DNA of 64,000 nt from Sumerlaeia bacterium (GTDB taxonomy: Bacteria > Sumerlaeota > Sumerlaeia > SLMS01 > JAHLLQ01): assembly GCA_040219255.1 (NCBI GenBank), contig JAVJSW010000049.1, forward strand, positions 176,893-240,892. The letters run 5' to 3'. The notes beneath the pieces were generated by a model, which did not search any database, had not been told where the DNA came from, and saw only the letters and a program-made list of their open reading frames with translations. Positions 50,924-60,468 of this stretch are shown here, in pieces. Position 1 is the first letter of the stretch. Every line of letters starts with the position of its first letter. The position numbers and the translations under genes are program-made.

Positions 50924-51466
50924 CTACCCTCTGGCGCGAAGCTGCTCCTTGAGAAGCGTTCCCGCCTGCGCCAGCAGCGCCTCGGCGGTCTTTGTAGGCA
51001 GAGCGCAGGTCATGGCCGCCGCCGAGGCGAAGGTCACCAGCTCGCTTTCCGGAGTGCCCGGCCGGGGAGCGAGGCGCTGGCGCAAGCGCACGAGCGCTTC
51101 GTTCGCCGCTTTCGAATCCCGGACCCGGCCGGCGATGGCGAATTCGTGCTGACCCAGCCGCCCCACCAGGAAACCCGCCGGGGCCGCCATCATGACTTCC
51201 AAAGACGCATGATCGAGAAGGCGGCTGGTGCCATCCCGGCGCCTATCGAAGGCAGGCCTAGTGGGGCATTCCACCAGGATCGCGATGGCCACCACGGACT
51301 CGTTGCGGTCGTTGGCTTCAAGCACCATCGCTTCCAACTCCGCCAGCAACCCCTGCCGATTCAGAAACCCCGTGGGATCGTCGTACGGAGACCCGCCGCC
51401 GGGGCCTTCCGGCGGAGAAGAGTGGACGTTGGCACGTTGGGCGGCTTGGGGGTCATAGGGCGGCAT
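50924..51466 (-). CDS. Degenerate stand-alone GGDEF-domain protein
   Basis: DDPTGFLNR..L, GRLGQHEFAI in place of RxGGDEF, AEALLAQA. Confidence 0.7.
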   Translation of the reverse strand: MPPYDPQAAQRANVHSSPPEGPGGGSPYDDPTGFLNRQGLLAELEAMVLEANDRNESVVAIAILVECPTRPAFDRRRDGTSRLLDHASLEVMMAAPAGFLVGRLGQHEFAIAGRVRDSKAANEALVRLRQRLAPRPGTPESELVTFASAAAMTCALPTKTAEALLAQAGTLLKEQLRARG

Positions 51467-51615
51467 GGGAGGGCGGGTCTCGAAAAAAACAAAGCGGCAT
51501 CAGACAACTTGGCCGCGGTCTCTACAAGGAAAGTTGCAACCCATCAACGGCAAATATTCCCCACCGCCCGAAAAAAGATTGTACCGTCCCTAGATCAGGC
51601 GCCCCCCTCCGCACA

Positions 51616-53226
51616 CTACGGCGCCCGCAGGAACCATCCCGTCGCGATCACGGGAATCGGCACGCTCGGGTCCAGGGGCAGGGCGTAGAGCGCCAGCGGG
51701 TCGGCCGTATCGTTTGGATTTTTCACCTGGAGCACAGCCCGCAGGTCGTCCGCCGTCACCGCGAAGGCCCGAATGCGGCGCTGATTCGTAAAGGTGCGCG
51801 CGGCGATCTGGAGCGGATTGGGATTCGCCAGGCTGGTCCGGTAAAGCCTCTGGGTGCCGCTGACGGAGGGAACGGTTGCGGCGAACAGCAGTTCGGGTTG
51901 GGTGATCGAACCGAGGAATTCGAGGCCGTCCGTCAGACCGCCACTGTCCAGGTCGGCGATTGCCACAGCGCTGCCTCCCGCGGTGGGCAGGGCCACCAGG
52001 GCGTCGCTGAATTCAATGAGCACCTGGGTCCCGCTGGGCGAGAAGTGGAACGAGCGCGGATTGACGCCGCCGCCGAGGACGACCGCCGTACCCCCCGCGA
52101 TGGGGACGCTGACCGCTTCCACGGGGGCGCTGGCGTTGAGTCCGCGCCGGGCATAGATCACGCGCCCGCCGTCGGGCGAGATGGCGAAGGGCGGGTCGAA
52201 GGCGATACGCGAGCCCTCGAGCGTGGCCGCGATTCCGCCCTCCAGAGGGGCGCTCCGCAGCGACCCCGGCGAGGAAATGCCCGTCAGGGGATCGCGCACT
52301 TGCGTCTCGAAGACCACGCGGGCGCTGCCGGGGCCGATGCGGAACCGGTTGACTGACTGATTGTTCGAGGCGGCGGGACCGAGGCGGACCGGTTCGTCCG
52401 AACCGTCCACCGGCGCGGAGTAGAGCGCCGTGTTGCTCTCCGTCAGGGTCCGGGCCTTGTACACGGCCCGCTGCGAATCGGGGGAAACGGCGAAGTCGGA
52501 CACGCCCGGAAAGAGATTCGTCCGGCCATCCACCGTGGCGACTTCCCCGCCACCGACCGGCACGCTGTAGACGCGGGTCCCGCTGTCGCTGAAGACGGCC
52601 CGCTGACCGTTCGGCGTGACAGTGAACGCGGCGGCAAAGGCGTCGCCGCTGATCTCCGTGGGCGCGCTCGATCCGTCCGCGGGAACGCGGTAGAGGTTCC
52701 GCCCGCCAACGGTCGATTGCGCGCGAAAGAGCACCTGCTCCGAATCGGCGGTGAAGCGGAAATCGTCAGCCGTGTCGCCGAATCCCGGATCCACTCGCAC
52801 CGGCGTCGTGCTGGCGTCCACCGGCACCGTCAGCAGCGCCACATCGCCAGTCAGCAAGTCCCGCCGCAGATAGGCGGCGCGCCGGCCATCGGGCGAAAGC
52901 CGGAACGAAGAGACCAGCGAAGTGGTCGTGTTGACGTTCTCGCTCAGCAAAACGGGGTTTTCGCCGCCGGAGACCGCTACGGCGTAGAGGCGAAAGATCT
53001 GAGGGTTGTCCGGGTTGGACAGAAAGAGAACCGTTCCGCTGTCCGGACCGAGAACCGGCGAAGCGGTGCTGCTGCCCGGCTCGCTCAGCAGGATGGCTTG
53101 CGGCTGGGCGCGAAGCGACAGAGGAGCGGTGAGCAGAGCGATGGCAAGGAGGATCGAGAGGCGCACGATGGACGAAGGGGGTCCTTTCCCGGAAACTCGG
53201 AGGAGTTGGGACAAAGAGAACCGCAT
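51616..53226 (-). CDS. Secreted TolB/PD40-like beta-propeller protein
   Basis: Repeated F..SPD...VY...LYS.PV.G blades; signal peptide; start uncertain. Confidence 0.75.
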   Translation of the reverse strand: MRFSLSQLLRVSGKGPPSSIVRLSILLAIALLTAPLSLRAQPQAILLSEPGSSTASPVLGPDSGTVLFLSNPDNPQIFRLYAVAVSGGENPVLLSENVNTTTSLVSSFRLSPDGRRAAYLRRDLLTGDVALLTVPVDASTTPVRVDPGFGDTADDFRFTADSEQVLFRAQSTVGGRNLYRVPADGSSAPTEISGDAFAAAFTVTPNGQRAVFSDSGTRVYSVPVGGGEVATVDGRTNLFPGVSDFAVSPDSQRAVYKARTLTESNTALYSAPVDGSDEPVRLGPAASNNQSVNRFRIGPGSARVVFETQVRDPLTGISSPGSLRSAPLEGGIAATLEGSRIAFDPPFAISPDGGRVIYARRGLNASAPVEAVSVPIAGGTAVVLGGGVNPRSFHFSPSGTQVLIEFSDALVALPTAGGSAVAIADLDSGGLTDGLEFLGSITQPELLFAATVPSVSGTQRLYRTSLANPNPLQIAARTFTNQRRIRAFAVTADDLRAVLQVKNPNDTADPLALYALPLDPSVPIPVIATGWFLRAP

Positions 53227-53261
53227 GACCGTCCGGGTGCGCAAGAAGAGGTCCGGCTTCC

Positions 53262-53777
53262 TTAGCCCCCCATCGTCATCTGCGGCTCGTCACTTGTGGG
53301 TCCGTAGCTCTGCGGAACGGGCACGTCGAGCAGCCTCAGGTACAGGCCGAGCTGGGCGCGGTGATGATAGCAGTGGTTGAGAACGAAGCTGCGCATGACC
53401 ACCACCCGCGGCATGGTGAAGATCACCGAACCATCGGTGCCCTTCATCGTCCACATCGCCATCATTTCGTCGTCCGTGGCGTTGGCGAGGGCGGACTTCA
53501 GCTCCGCCGAGTGCTTGTCGTAAGTGTCCAGCAGGTCCTCCATATCCTTGGCGATCCAGGGTTTATAGATCGCCATGTCCATCACGAACTCCGGCTCCTT
53601 GATCGTGGTGATGCCCCAGGTGAGGGACTCCACGATATGGGAAGCGAGCTGGATCAGGGTCATGCACTTGTCGTGCGGTTTGTAATCGAAGCGATGGGCG
53701 GGAACGCGTTCCAGGTGCTTGCGGGTGGCGGCGGATTCGTGATCCATTTCCGCGATCAGGGAGTGAGCGATGGCCAT
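53262..53777 (-). CDS. DinB family protein
   Basis: E...TRK.LERVP, KPH.K.MTL..LASH, NH.YHHRAQL..YLR...VPVP..YGP. Confidence 0.92.
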   Translation of the reverse strand: MAIAHSLIAEMDHESAATRKHLERVPAHRFDYKPHDKCMTLIQLASHIVESLTWGITTIKEPEFVMDMAIYKPWIAKDMEDLLDTYDKHSAELKSALANATDDEMMAMWTMKGTDGSVIFTMPRVVVMRSFVLNHCYHHRAQLGLYLRLLDVPVPQSYGPTSDEPQMTMGG

Positions 53778-54144
53778 AAGCCATGGGCTCCTTTCAAAGC
53801 AGGCGAGTGCCGATTGGAATAGGTATAAATAATCCAAGGGGACAATCTCTCCGCCCAGAGAAAGAGTGCAAGCTGATTGTCATTTGAGGGAGGGGGGTTA
53901 AAAACAAATCGGGAGGGAAGGTGAATTTCCGGGGAAATCCAGACCCGCCCTCACGTCAGCGAAGAATCGGATGTCTCTGAGAAGCGAGGGGACCCGTAAG
54001 AGGGACCCGAAACTCTCAAGCCTAGTCTTAATGCACGTGTTGAGTTTCTTGAGTTGACCGAAACGAAAGGATACCGAACTTTGGGGAGCACGGTGGCCGG
54101 ATCGGATCGGAGCCGTCAAAAAACCGAACTGTGATCAGTCGGTC

Positions 54145-54345
54145 TTAAACCAGCTCGACGTTGCGAGCGGCCAGTCCCTTTTGGCCCTGGAAGGCCTCGA
54201 ACTGCACTTGATTGCCAACGGCGGGTTGATCCGCCGGCTGCCAATTGGAAATGTGGAAGAAGACGTCAGTGCCTTCAGGAGTCTGGATGAAACCAAATCC
54301 CCGCTCTGAAATCCACGTCCGGATGGTACCACTTTGAATGCTCAC
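54145..54345 (-). CDS. Cold-shock domain protein
   Basis: GTIRTW..ERGFGFI, DVFFHIS, GQKGLAARNV; GTG start, 66 aa. Confidence 0.92.
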   Translation of the reverse strand: MSIQSGTIRTWISERGFGFIQTPEGTDVFFHISNWQPADQPAVGNQVQFEAFQGQKGLAARNVELV

Positions 54346-54584
54346 TTCTGTCCTTTCGGGCGCTCTACGCCCACGTGCCTCTTTGATCTTGTTTTGTTGG
54401 CACGATGGGGCTATCAATCCCCAGCTTCGTTTCCCCCGTCAATTGGATTCCGACCTGGAATCTTACAAAAAGTTAACCGCCCCTCCCCTCGCGCCTTTCC
54501 TTGCCCCCTCCATCGCTGCCCTTTTCATTGGTCCCCGCGCCTCTCATACGCCCATCGACTCCGCCCCGAAGGACCCACAGATTC

Positions 54585-55601
54585 ATGGCGAAACGACCCC
54601 TCCTCCGCTGCTGCCAAAGCGCCGCCCTGGCCGCAGCCATCGGCTTGATGGCCTGCTCGCGGGAATCCGAGACCGCCACCCCGGTGGCCCCCGGCGGCAC
54701 CGCCCAGACCTCCACCGCCAAAACCACCACCTCCCCCGCCCAGCCATCGCCGGAGGGGGCCTCCCAGCCCGTCGTTTATGTCACAAACTATCCGCTGCTC
54801 TACTTCTCCCAGCGGATCGCCCCCGGCGAGTTCGAACTGCGTTTCCCCGCCCCCGCCGACGAAGACCCCGCCTACTGGCAACCGCCCGCCGAGACCGTCG
54901 CCGCCATGCAGAACGCGACCCTGCTCCTCTTCAACGGCGCCACCTACGAAAAATTCGCCGGCACTGTCACCCTGCCCGACTCCAAAATCGTCCGCACCGC
55001 CGCTCCCTTCTCCGATCGATTCCTCGAACTCGAGCACGCCACCACCCACAGCCACGGCCCCGGCGGCGAACACAGCCACACCGGGACGGACTTCAATACC
55101 TGGCTCGATCCCCGCCTCGCCACCCGTCAGGCCCGCCAGATCGCCGAATCCTTCGCCGAACTCGTTCCCGCCAAAGCCGACGAATTCCTCGCCAACTGGA
55201 ACGCGCTGGACCAAGACCTGGCCGAGTTGGACCGCACCTTCAAGGGCATGACGATGCCTTATCGGGGCGAGCGCACACTGATGGCCTCCCATCCCGTTTA
55301 CGCCTACTGGGGCGAGCGCTACGGCATCGGCATCGAAGCCATGCTGTGGGAACCCGGCGAAATGCCGGACCCGGAGCAGTGGGCCGCCTTCGAAGCCATC
55401 CTGGCGGAGCGCCCCGCCCAATACATGCTCTGGGAAGACGAACCGCTCGACGAAATCAAAGCGAAACTCCGCGAACTCGGCGTCACTCCGATCGTTTTCC
55501 TCACGGCGAACAATGTTCGCGATGAAGGCGATTATCTGGAGATCATGCGGGCGAACGCGGCGCGCCTCGAACAGGCGTTCCCCCAGCCCGAAGTGAAGTG
55601 A
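54585..55601 (+). CDS. Zn/Mn ABC transporter substrate-binding lipoprotein (ZnuA-like)
   Basis: Lipobox LMAC; NGATYE, THSHGPGGEHSH, NTWLDP, SHPVY.Y. Confidence 0.88.
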   Translation: MAKRPLLRCCQSAALAAAIGLMACSRESETATPVAPGGTAQTSTAKTTTSPAQPSPEGASQPVVYVTNYPLLYFSQRIAPGEFELRFPAPADEDPAYWQPPAETVAAMQNATLLLFNGATYEKFAGTVTLPDSKIVRTAAPFSDRFLELEHATTHSHGPGGEHSHTGTDFNTWLDPRLATRQARQIAESFAELVPAKADEFLANWNALDQDLAELDRTFKGMTMPYRGERTLMASHPVYAYWGERYGIGIEAMLWEPGEMPDPEQWAAFEAILAERPAQYMLWEDEPLDEIKAKLRELGVTPIVFLTANNVRDEGDYLEIMRANAARLEQAFPQPEVK

Positions 55602-55816
55602 ATCAAAGGGCCCGCGAGACGAAATTCCAGCCAGCCCCGACGGGCCCGACTGGCGCTTGGAGCGGTTTTGTGGCACAAAAAGCAGTTGTGTTACAAATTC
55701 CACTTGTAATCAGCGGATACTTGTCATAGTCAGAGCAATCCCGTTCCAGAAATGGCTCTCACGGCACGCCTTTCTGAGCCCCTGAAACCTGTCGCATTGG
55801 GAGTTCGTCCGTCACC

Positions 55817-57157
55817 ATGAAGCGCTCACTTATAGCCACCACGCTGGGATGGCTCTGCCTCGCCTCCACGCTTTCCGCCGATGTCACCTTCACCTATCCG
55901 GGAAGCGGCACCGAAGTGGCCCCCGACAAAATCTGCATCGCCGGATCCTTCAACGAATGGAACGAAACCGCCTGGGCCATGCAACCCGACGATCGAGGCG
56001 GCTGGTCCTACACCGCCGACATCGCGGACGGCGAGTACGAGTACAAGTTCGTGCTCTATCGCCCCGGCCACGAGGTGGAGTGGACCTACGACCCCACCAA
56101 TAACGCCTACACGCCAAGCGGGATCGGCGGCTACAACTCGTATCTGAAAGTCCTCAACGGCGATGTCGCCCTCTTCGGCGAAGACGAAGTGGAAGTCTTC
56201 ACCTGGGACGACAAGGTCCATGCCTTCGCCGAACTGGTCGGCGATTTCAACGACTGGAACGTGGGCGGCCTGCCCCTTCGTCAAGAACCCGACGGCGCAT
56301 GGCGCATCCGATTGAACGTCGAACCCCCGATTTCCTACAAGTTCTACGTGGATCAAGTGTGGGAGCACGACCCCAGTTCGCCCAAAGTCTCGGACGGCTA
56401 CGGCGGCTTCAATAGCCTGCGCGTGCCGGCGGCCGATGGCGACCCGGGAATCACCGCTTCGAGCACCGACGACGACGTGATCGCTGCGGCGAAGTCCGGC
56501 AAGATCACTCAAGAGATGCTGCGCGATCACGCCGAGAACATCTCGCGCGAAGGCCACTACGAACGCTCGATCCGCATTCTCGGCGATGGCTCCGCCCAGG
56601 CCGACCCGGCCAATCGGGCGCGCGCCTGCCTGCAGGCCGCCGAAACGCACCGGCGCTTCGGCAATCTGGCGCTGGCGGGTCAAGCCTGGGAGTACGCGCT
56701 GCGCAACGGCGCCACGGGCGGCGAGCGCCGCCACGCCCTTTGCGAATTGGGCAAGTATCGCCTCTACACGGAAAAGAACCCGCGAGGAGCCCGCAACATC
56801 TACCTCGAGGTCCTGCAAATGGCCGCCGACAGCCGCGAGCGCGCCTCGGCCCACTACGATCTCGGCCGCACCTACGCCCTCGAGCAGAACTGGTCCGGTG
56901 CCCTCACCGAGTTTCAGCGCTCCCTCGATGAAGCCCCTTCTCCCCAGGGCTCCGACTTGAAATGGATGCAATTCTGCATGGACCTGCGCATGGCCCATGG
57001 CGAAGCCCTCTACAACGTCGGTCAGTACGGCCGGGCCCGGAAGTCGTTCCAGGACGCGATCGCCTCCAACCCTTGGGAAGACAACCAATACAGCCAGGCG
57101 GCGCAGGATTGGATTTCCCGCTGCGATACGGCGCTGCGCCAGTCCAAGGGCGGCTGA
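55817..57157 (+). CDS. Secreted protein with two CBM48/AMPK-beta-like glycogen-binding domains and TPRs
   Basis: AGSFNEWN...YEYKF...W.YDP..GGYNS and GDFNDWN...YKFYVD..W.HDP..GGFNS; C-terminal TPR helices. Confidence 0.8.
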   Translation: MKRSLIATTLGWLCLASTLSADVTFTYPGSGTEVAPDKICIAGSFNEWNETAWAMQPDDRGGWSYTADIADGEYEYKFVLYRPGHEVEWTYDPTNNAYTPSGIGGYNSYLKVLNGDVALFGEDEVEVFTWDDKVHAFAELVGDFNDWNVGGLPLRQEPDGAWRIRLNVEPPISYKFYVDQVWEHDPSSPKVSDGYGGFNSLRVPAADGDPGITASSTDDDVIAAAKSGKITQEMLRDHAENISREGHYERSIRILGDGSAQADPANRARACLQAAETHRRFGNLALAGQAWEYALRNGATGGERRHALCELGKYRLYTEKNPRGARNIYLEVLQMAADSRERASAHYDLGRTYALEQNWSGALTEFQRSLDEAPSPQGSDLKWMQFCMDLRMAHGEALYNVGQYGRARKSFQDAIASNPWEDNQYSQAAQDWISRCDTALRQSKGG

Positions 57158-57191
57158 GCCACCACCCGCTTCCCCGCCCCCCTTCTCGAAC

Positions 57192-57551
57192 CTACAGGAG
57201 CTTCAGCGCCCCCGTCACTTCCTCCAGGCGCTCGGGCCGGTCCGGCCCGATGGCGCAACAGGTGGCCGTGGGCAAGCCCTTGAACTCCGTCTTCCCGCTA
57301 TCGACGATCAGGTGCGATTCGAGGCCGTGCTCCAGCGCCCGCGCGTGAATCGCCTGCAAGGCTTCCTCGCTCTCCACACGCACACAAACCTTCGTGAAGG
57401 CCCCGTCGATCCAGGCCCGCTGCTCGTCCGTCAGCGGCGCCGAGGACCGGACCCGATGCGCCAGAAACGCCATCGCCGCATGCGCTCCCTGGGCGATCAT
57501 CTTGCCCTTTCGCATGTTCAGATCGGTGCGCATCACGATGATTTGTTTCAT
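57192..57551 (-). CDS. pth2: Peptidyl-tRNA hydrolase Pth2 family
   Basis: KQIIVMRTDLNMRKGKMIAQGAHA, KVCVRV, IVDSGKTEF, TCCAIGP. Confidence 0.93.
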   Translation of the reverse strand: MKQIIVMRTDLNMRKGKMIAQGAHAAMAFLAHRVRSSAPLTDEQRAWIDGAFTKVCVRVESEEALQAIHARALEHGLESHLIVDSGKTEFKGLPTATCCAIGPDRPERLEEVTGALKLL

Positions 57552-57721
57552 GGCTGTCACATTCGGCGATCGCATTGGGACTCCGCCCGGAGCGTGCGGA
57601 AGGGTTTTCGCATAGCGGAGGATTCTCCCGGGGGACAAGCGCTCCTTGCTCCCCGATTCCCGTGGCGATAGAACTTCGGCTCTGCCGCGCGAATATCACC
57701 GACGAAGGACACCCCCTGCCC

Positions 57722-58858
57722 ATGACCACCGACCCCCGCGACGTCCAGCTTGCCGAAATGCTGGTGGCCTACTCGGTCGCCGCCAAACCTGGCGAACTCG
57801 TCTTCATCCAGTGCATCGGCGCCGACACGCTGGCCCTCGGCCACGCCTGCCAGAAAGCCGCCGCCGCCGCCGGGGCCGCTCCCTTCCTGCATTTTCAGGA
57901 CCCCGCCGCCCATCGCGAATACCTGATGACCTGCGACGATGAAGGCCTGCGCCGCCTCGCCCGCTTCGAAACCGTGCAGATGAAGGACGCCGACTGCTAC
58001 ATCGGCATCCGCGGCGCCGGCAATATCTTCGAAACCAGCGATGTGCCCCAGGATCGCATGAAGGCCTACATGGACATCGTTTACAAGCCCGTCCACCTGC
58101 AACACCGGGTCAAGGGCACGCGCTGGTGCGTGCTGCGCTATCCGAACCCGGGCATGGCCCAACTGGCCCAGAAATCGACGGCCGCCTTCGCCGGCTTCTA
58201 TTACGATGTGTGCCTGGTGGATTATGCGCGGATGGCCAAGGCCGTGCAGCCCCTCAAGGACCTCATGCTCCGCACCGACCGCCTCGAAATCACGGGACCC
58301 GGCGAAACGAACCTGACCATGAGCATCAAGGACATCGGCGTGGTGCCGTGCTGTGGAAACCACAACATCCCCGACGGCGAGTGCTTCAGCGCCCCCGTCC
58401 GCGACAGCGTCAACGGCGTCATCCAGTTCAACACCCCGACGGTGTATCAGGGCATGCCCTTCGACAACGTCCGCCTGGAATTCCGCGAGGGCAAAGTGGT
58501 GGACGCCCGAGCCGCCAACCCCAAGCAGACCAAAGCCCTGAACGAAATCCTGGACCGCGACGAGGGCGCCCGCTACCTGGGCGAAGTGAGCGTCGGTTTC
58601 AACCCGGCGGTGCGCGAAGCGATGCGCGATATCCTGTTCGACGAGAAAATCGGCGGCAGTCTCCACATGGCCCTCGGCGAGTGCTACGACGAAGCCCCCA
58701 ACGGCAACCAGTCGGGCATTCACTGGGACCTGGTTCTGATCCAGCGCGAGGAGTACGGTGGCGGCGAAATCCGTTTCGACGGCCGCCTGATCCGCAAGGA
58801 CGGCGTGTTCGTCGTCGACGAGTTGAAAGGCCTGAACCCGGAGGCGTTCGGGAAGTGA
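57722..58858 (+). CDS. Aminopeptidase, M29 family
   Basis: NIPDGECFSAP, RYLGE, LFDEKIGG.LHMALG, SGIHWDLV. Confidence 0.93.
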   Translation: MTTDPRDVQLAEMLVAYSVAAKPGELVFIQCIGADTLALGHACQKAAAAAGAAPFLHFQDPAAHREYLMTCDDEGLRRLARFETVQMKDADCYIGIRGAGNIFETSDVPQDRMKAYMDIVYKPVHLQHRVKGTRWCVLRYPNPGMAQLAQKSTAAFAGFYYDVCLVDYARMAKAVQPLKDLMLRTDRLEITGPGETNLTMSIKDIGVVPCCGNHNIPDGECFSAPVRDSVNGVIQFNTPTVYQGMPFDNVRLEFREGKVVDARAANPKQTKALNEILDRDEGARYLGEVSVGFNPAVREAMRDILFDEKIGGSLHMALGECYDEAPNGNQSGIHWDLVLIQREEYGGGEIRFDGRLIRKDGVFVVDELKGLNPEAFGK

Positions 58859-59031
58859 CGGGTCCGGCCGCGCACGATCGCGGTCAGGCACAGCCCTCGC
58901 TTTTCTTCTGGCAGACGAGAGACGTTCCCGTCATACTCGGCAGCGCCTGGCATCCGCGGCCTTCGCCAAAGGGCGGATTCCGGAGAGGCGTATCCAATCC
59001 CAAGATGTCTTCGGAAAGGAATCCCAACACA

Positions 59032-59436
59032 ATGAACCACAATCAGAAAGCCGCCATCATCGTTGTCATCGCCATTATGGCGTTGATGTTCCTGTTCCCG
59101 CCCTTCTCGAGGCGGGCCAATATCGAGGAGTTCGTCGTCGAACCGAGCCGCGACGGCGCCATGCAGGTCGTTCGCGAAAAGACCGATTTCCAGGGCCGCG
59201 TGCCCATGGGTTATGGTTTCATTCTCTTCCCGCCGACCCATGGGGAAGCGGTGCGCGTGAACTTCGGCCGGTTGTTCTTGCAGTATTTCGTGCTGGCCGG
59301 CGTTTCCCTGCCGGTGATTTTTCTGCTGCGCCGCCGCGTGCCTCGCCGTGTTTTCGCCGAACCGCACGAAAAGGTGAATGCGCCGCAGGAAACGCACAAT
59401 CCTCCTGGCGGCCGCACCACTCTTAACGCTAGCTAA
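59032..59436 (+). CDS. Small two-TM hypothetical protein
   Basis: LMFLFPPF...GYGFILFPP...VNFGRLFLQ. Confidence 0.65.
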   Translation: MNHNQKAAIIVVIAIMALMFLFPPFSRRANIEEFVVEPSRDGAMQVVREKTDFQGRVPMGYGFILFPPTHGEAVRVNFGRLFLQYFVLAGVSLPVIFLLRRRVPRRVFAEPHEKVNAPQETHNPPGGRTTLNAS

Positions 59437-59475
59437 AGCACTCGCCTTCGCTCCGGGAGCCACCGTCGACCCCCT

Positions 59476-60441
59476 ATGCCGCCCGCCGCAGTGCCCTTCG
59501 AACGTCTGTTTGAACTCCGTCCCGGCCTGACCGCCGCCAATGCCTGCGGGTTTCATCGCCTCGAACCGGGCGAGACGGTGGCGAGCCACGCGCACGCGGC
59601 CGCCGAAGTGCTGCTCTGTCTGACGGGCGGCGCCCGGATCGATGCGGGCGGCGAGTCGGCGGACCTGTCCAGCGGCCAAGTGCTCGTCATCGAAACGGGC
59701 ACTCCCCACGCGATCACGCAAGTCCACCAGCCCACAATCCTGATGTGGGTTCGCGAGGGTGGGCAGGGCCCGGTGCCGGAAACCGCCCCAGGCCGGGCGA
59801 TGGCCTCGCCGGGGCGACAGGGCCATTCGCTGGCGCTGGATTCGGCGAAGACGTTCGTTCCGGCGCTGTTGTCGCGGCGGCCGGGGGATCTGATGGTTCG
59901 CCTGCCGGGCGCGCGCGCGCTGAACGATCTGCAAGCCCGCGAAGTCCGCAAGTGCTGCGTTCAGAACCGCCAAGCCCTCGCCGTTCTGTGCCTCCACGCC
60001 GAACCCGCGCACATCGAAGCCAAAGCCTTCGACAAGGAACTGCGTGCCAATACGCGCCACCTGCGGCCCCATGTGGTCAGTCTTTGCCTCGATCCGGTGG
60101 ACGACCTTTTCCCCGAAGTCTTCCAGGCCGTTCGCGAGTACTGGCTACCTTGGGCCCGAGTTGACAATTTTCAACTGGCTTTCCAATTCGCCTTCCGATC
60201 GTGGAGCGAGGCCGAATGGGCCGACTTGAGCGCCTGGCTCGATCCGCTGGCTCCGGCCCATTGGGGCGTGGTTCTCGAATGGAATCAGGACCTCCACCTC
60301 GCCGATCAGGCTTTGGGGCGGGCGCGGCTCCTGGCTCTTCTGCCTTGGCTCAAGGCCGTCGTTTGCCTGCCCGAGGAAGCGCAAGCCCTGGGGGATTTTC
60401 TGAACCCGTTGGGTTGGCAGGGATGGATCGTTGTCGACTAG
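59476..60441 (+). CDS. Cupin domain protein with uncharacterised C-terminal domain
   Basis: LEPGETVASHAH..AEV, G..L..GQVLVIE.GTPH. Confidence 0.7.
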   Translation: MPPAAVPFERLFELRPGLTAANACGFHRLEPGETVASHAHAAAEVLLCLTGGARIDAGGESADLSSGQVLVIETGTPHAITQVHQPTILMWVREGGQGPVPETAPGRAMASPGRQGHSLALDSAKTFVPALLSRRPGDLMVRLPGARALNDLQAREVRKCCVQNRQALAVLCLHAEPAHIEAKAFDKELRANTRHLRPHVVSLCLDPVDDLFPEVFQAVREYWLPWARVDNFQLAFQFAFRSWSEAEWADLSAWLDPLAPAHWGVVLEWNQDLHLADQALGRARLLALLPWLKAVVCLPEEAQALGDFLNPLGWQGWIVVD

Positions 60442-60468
60442 CCTCCACCCCCAATCCGTTTCTTTCTG

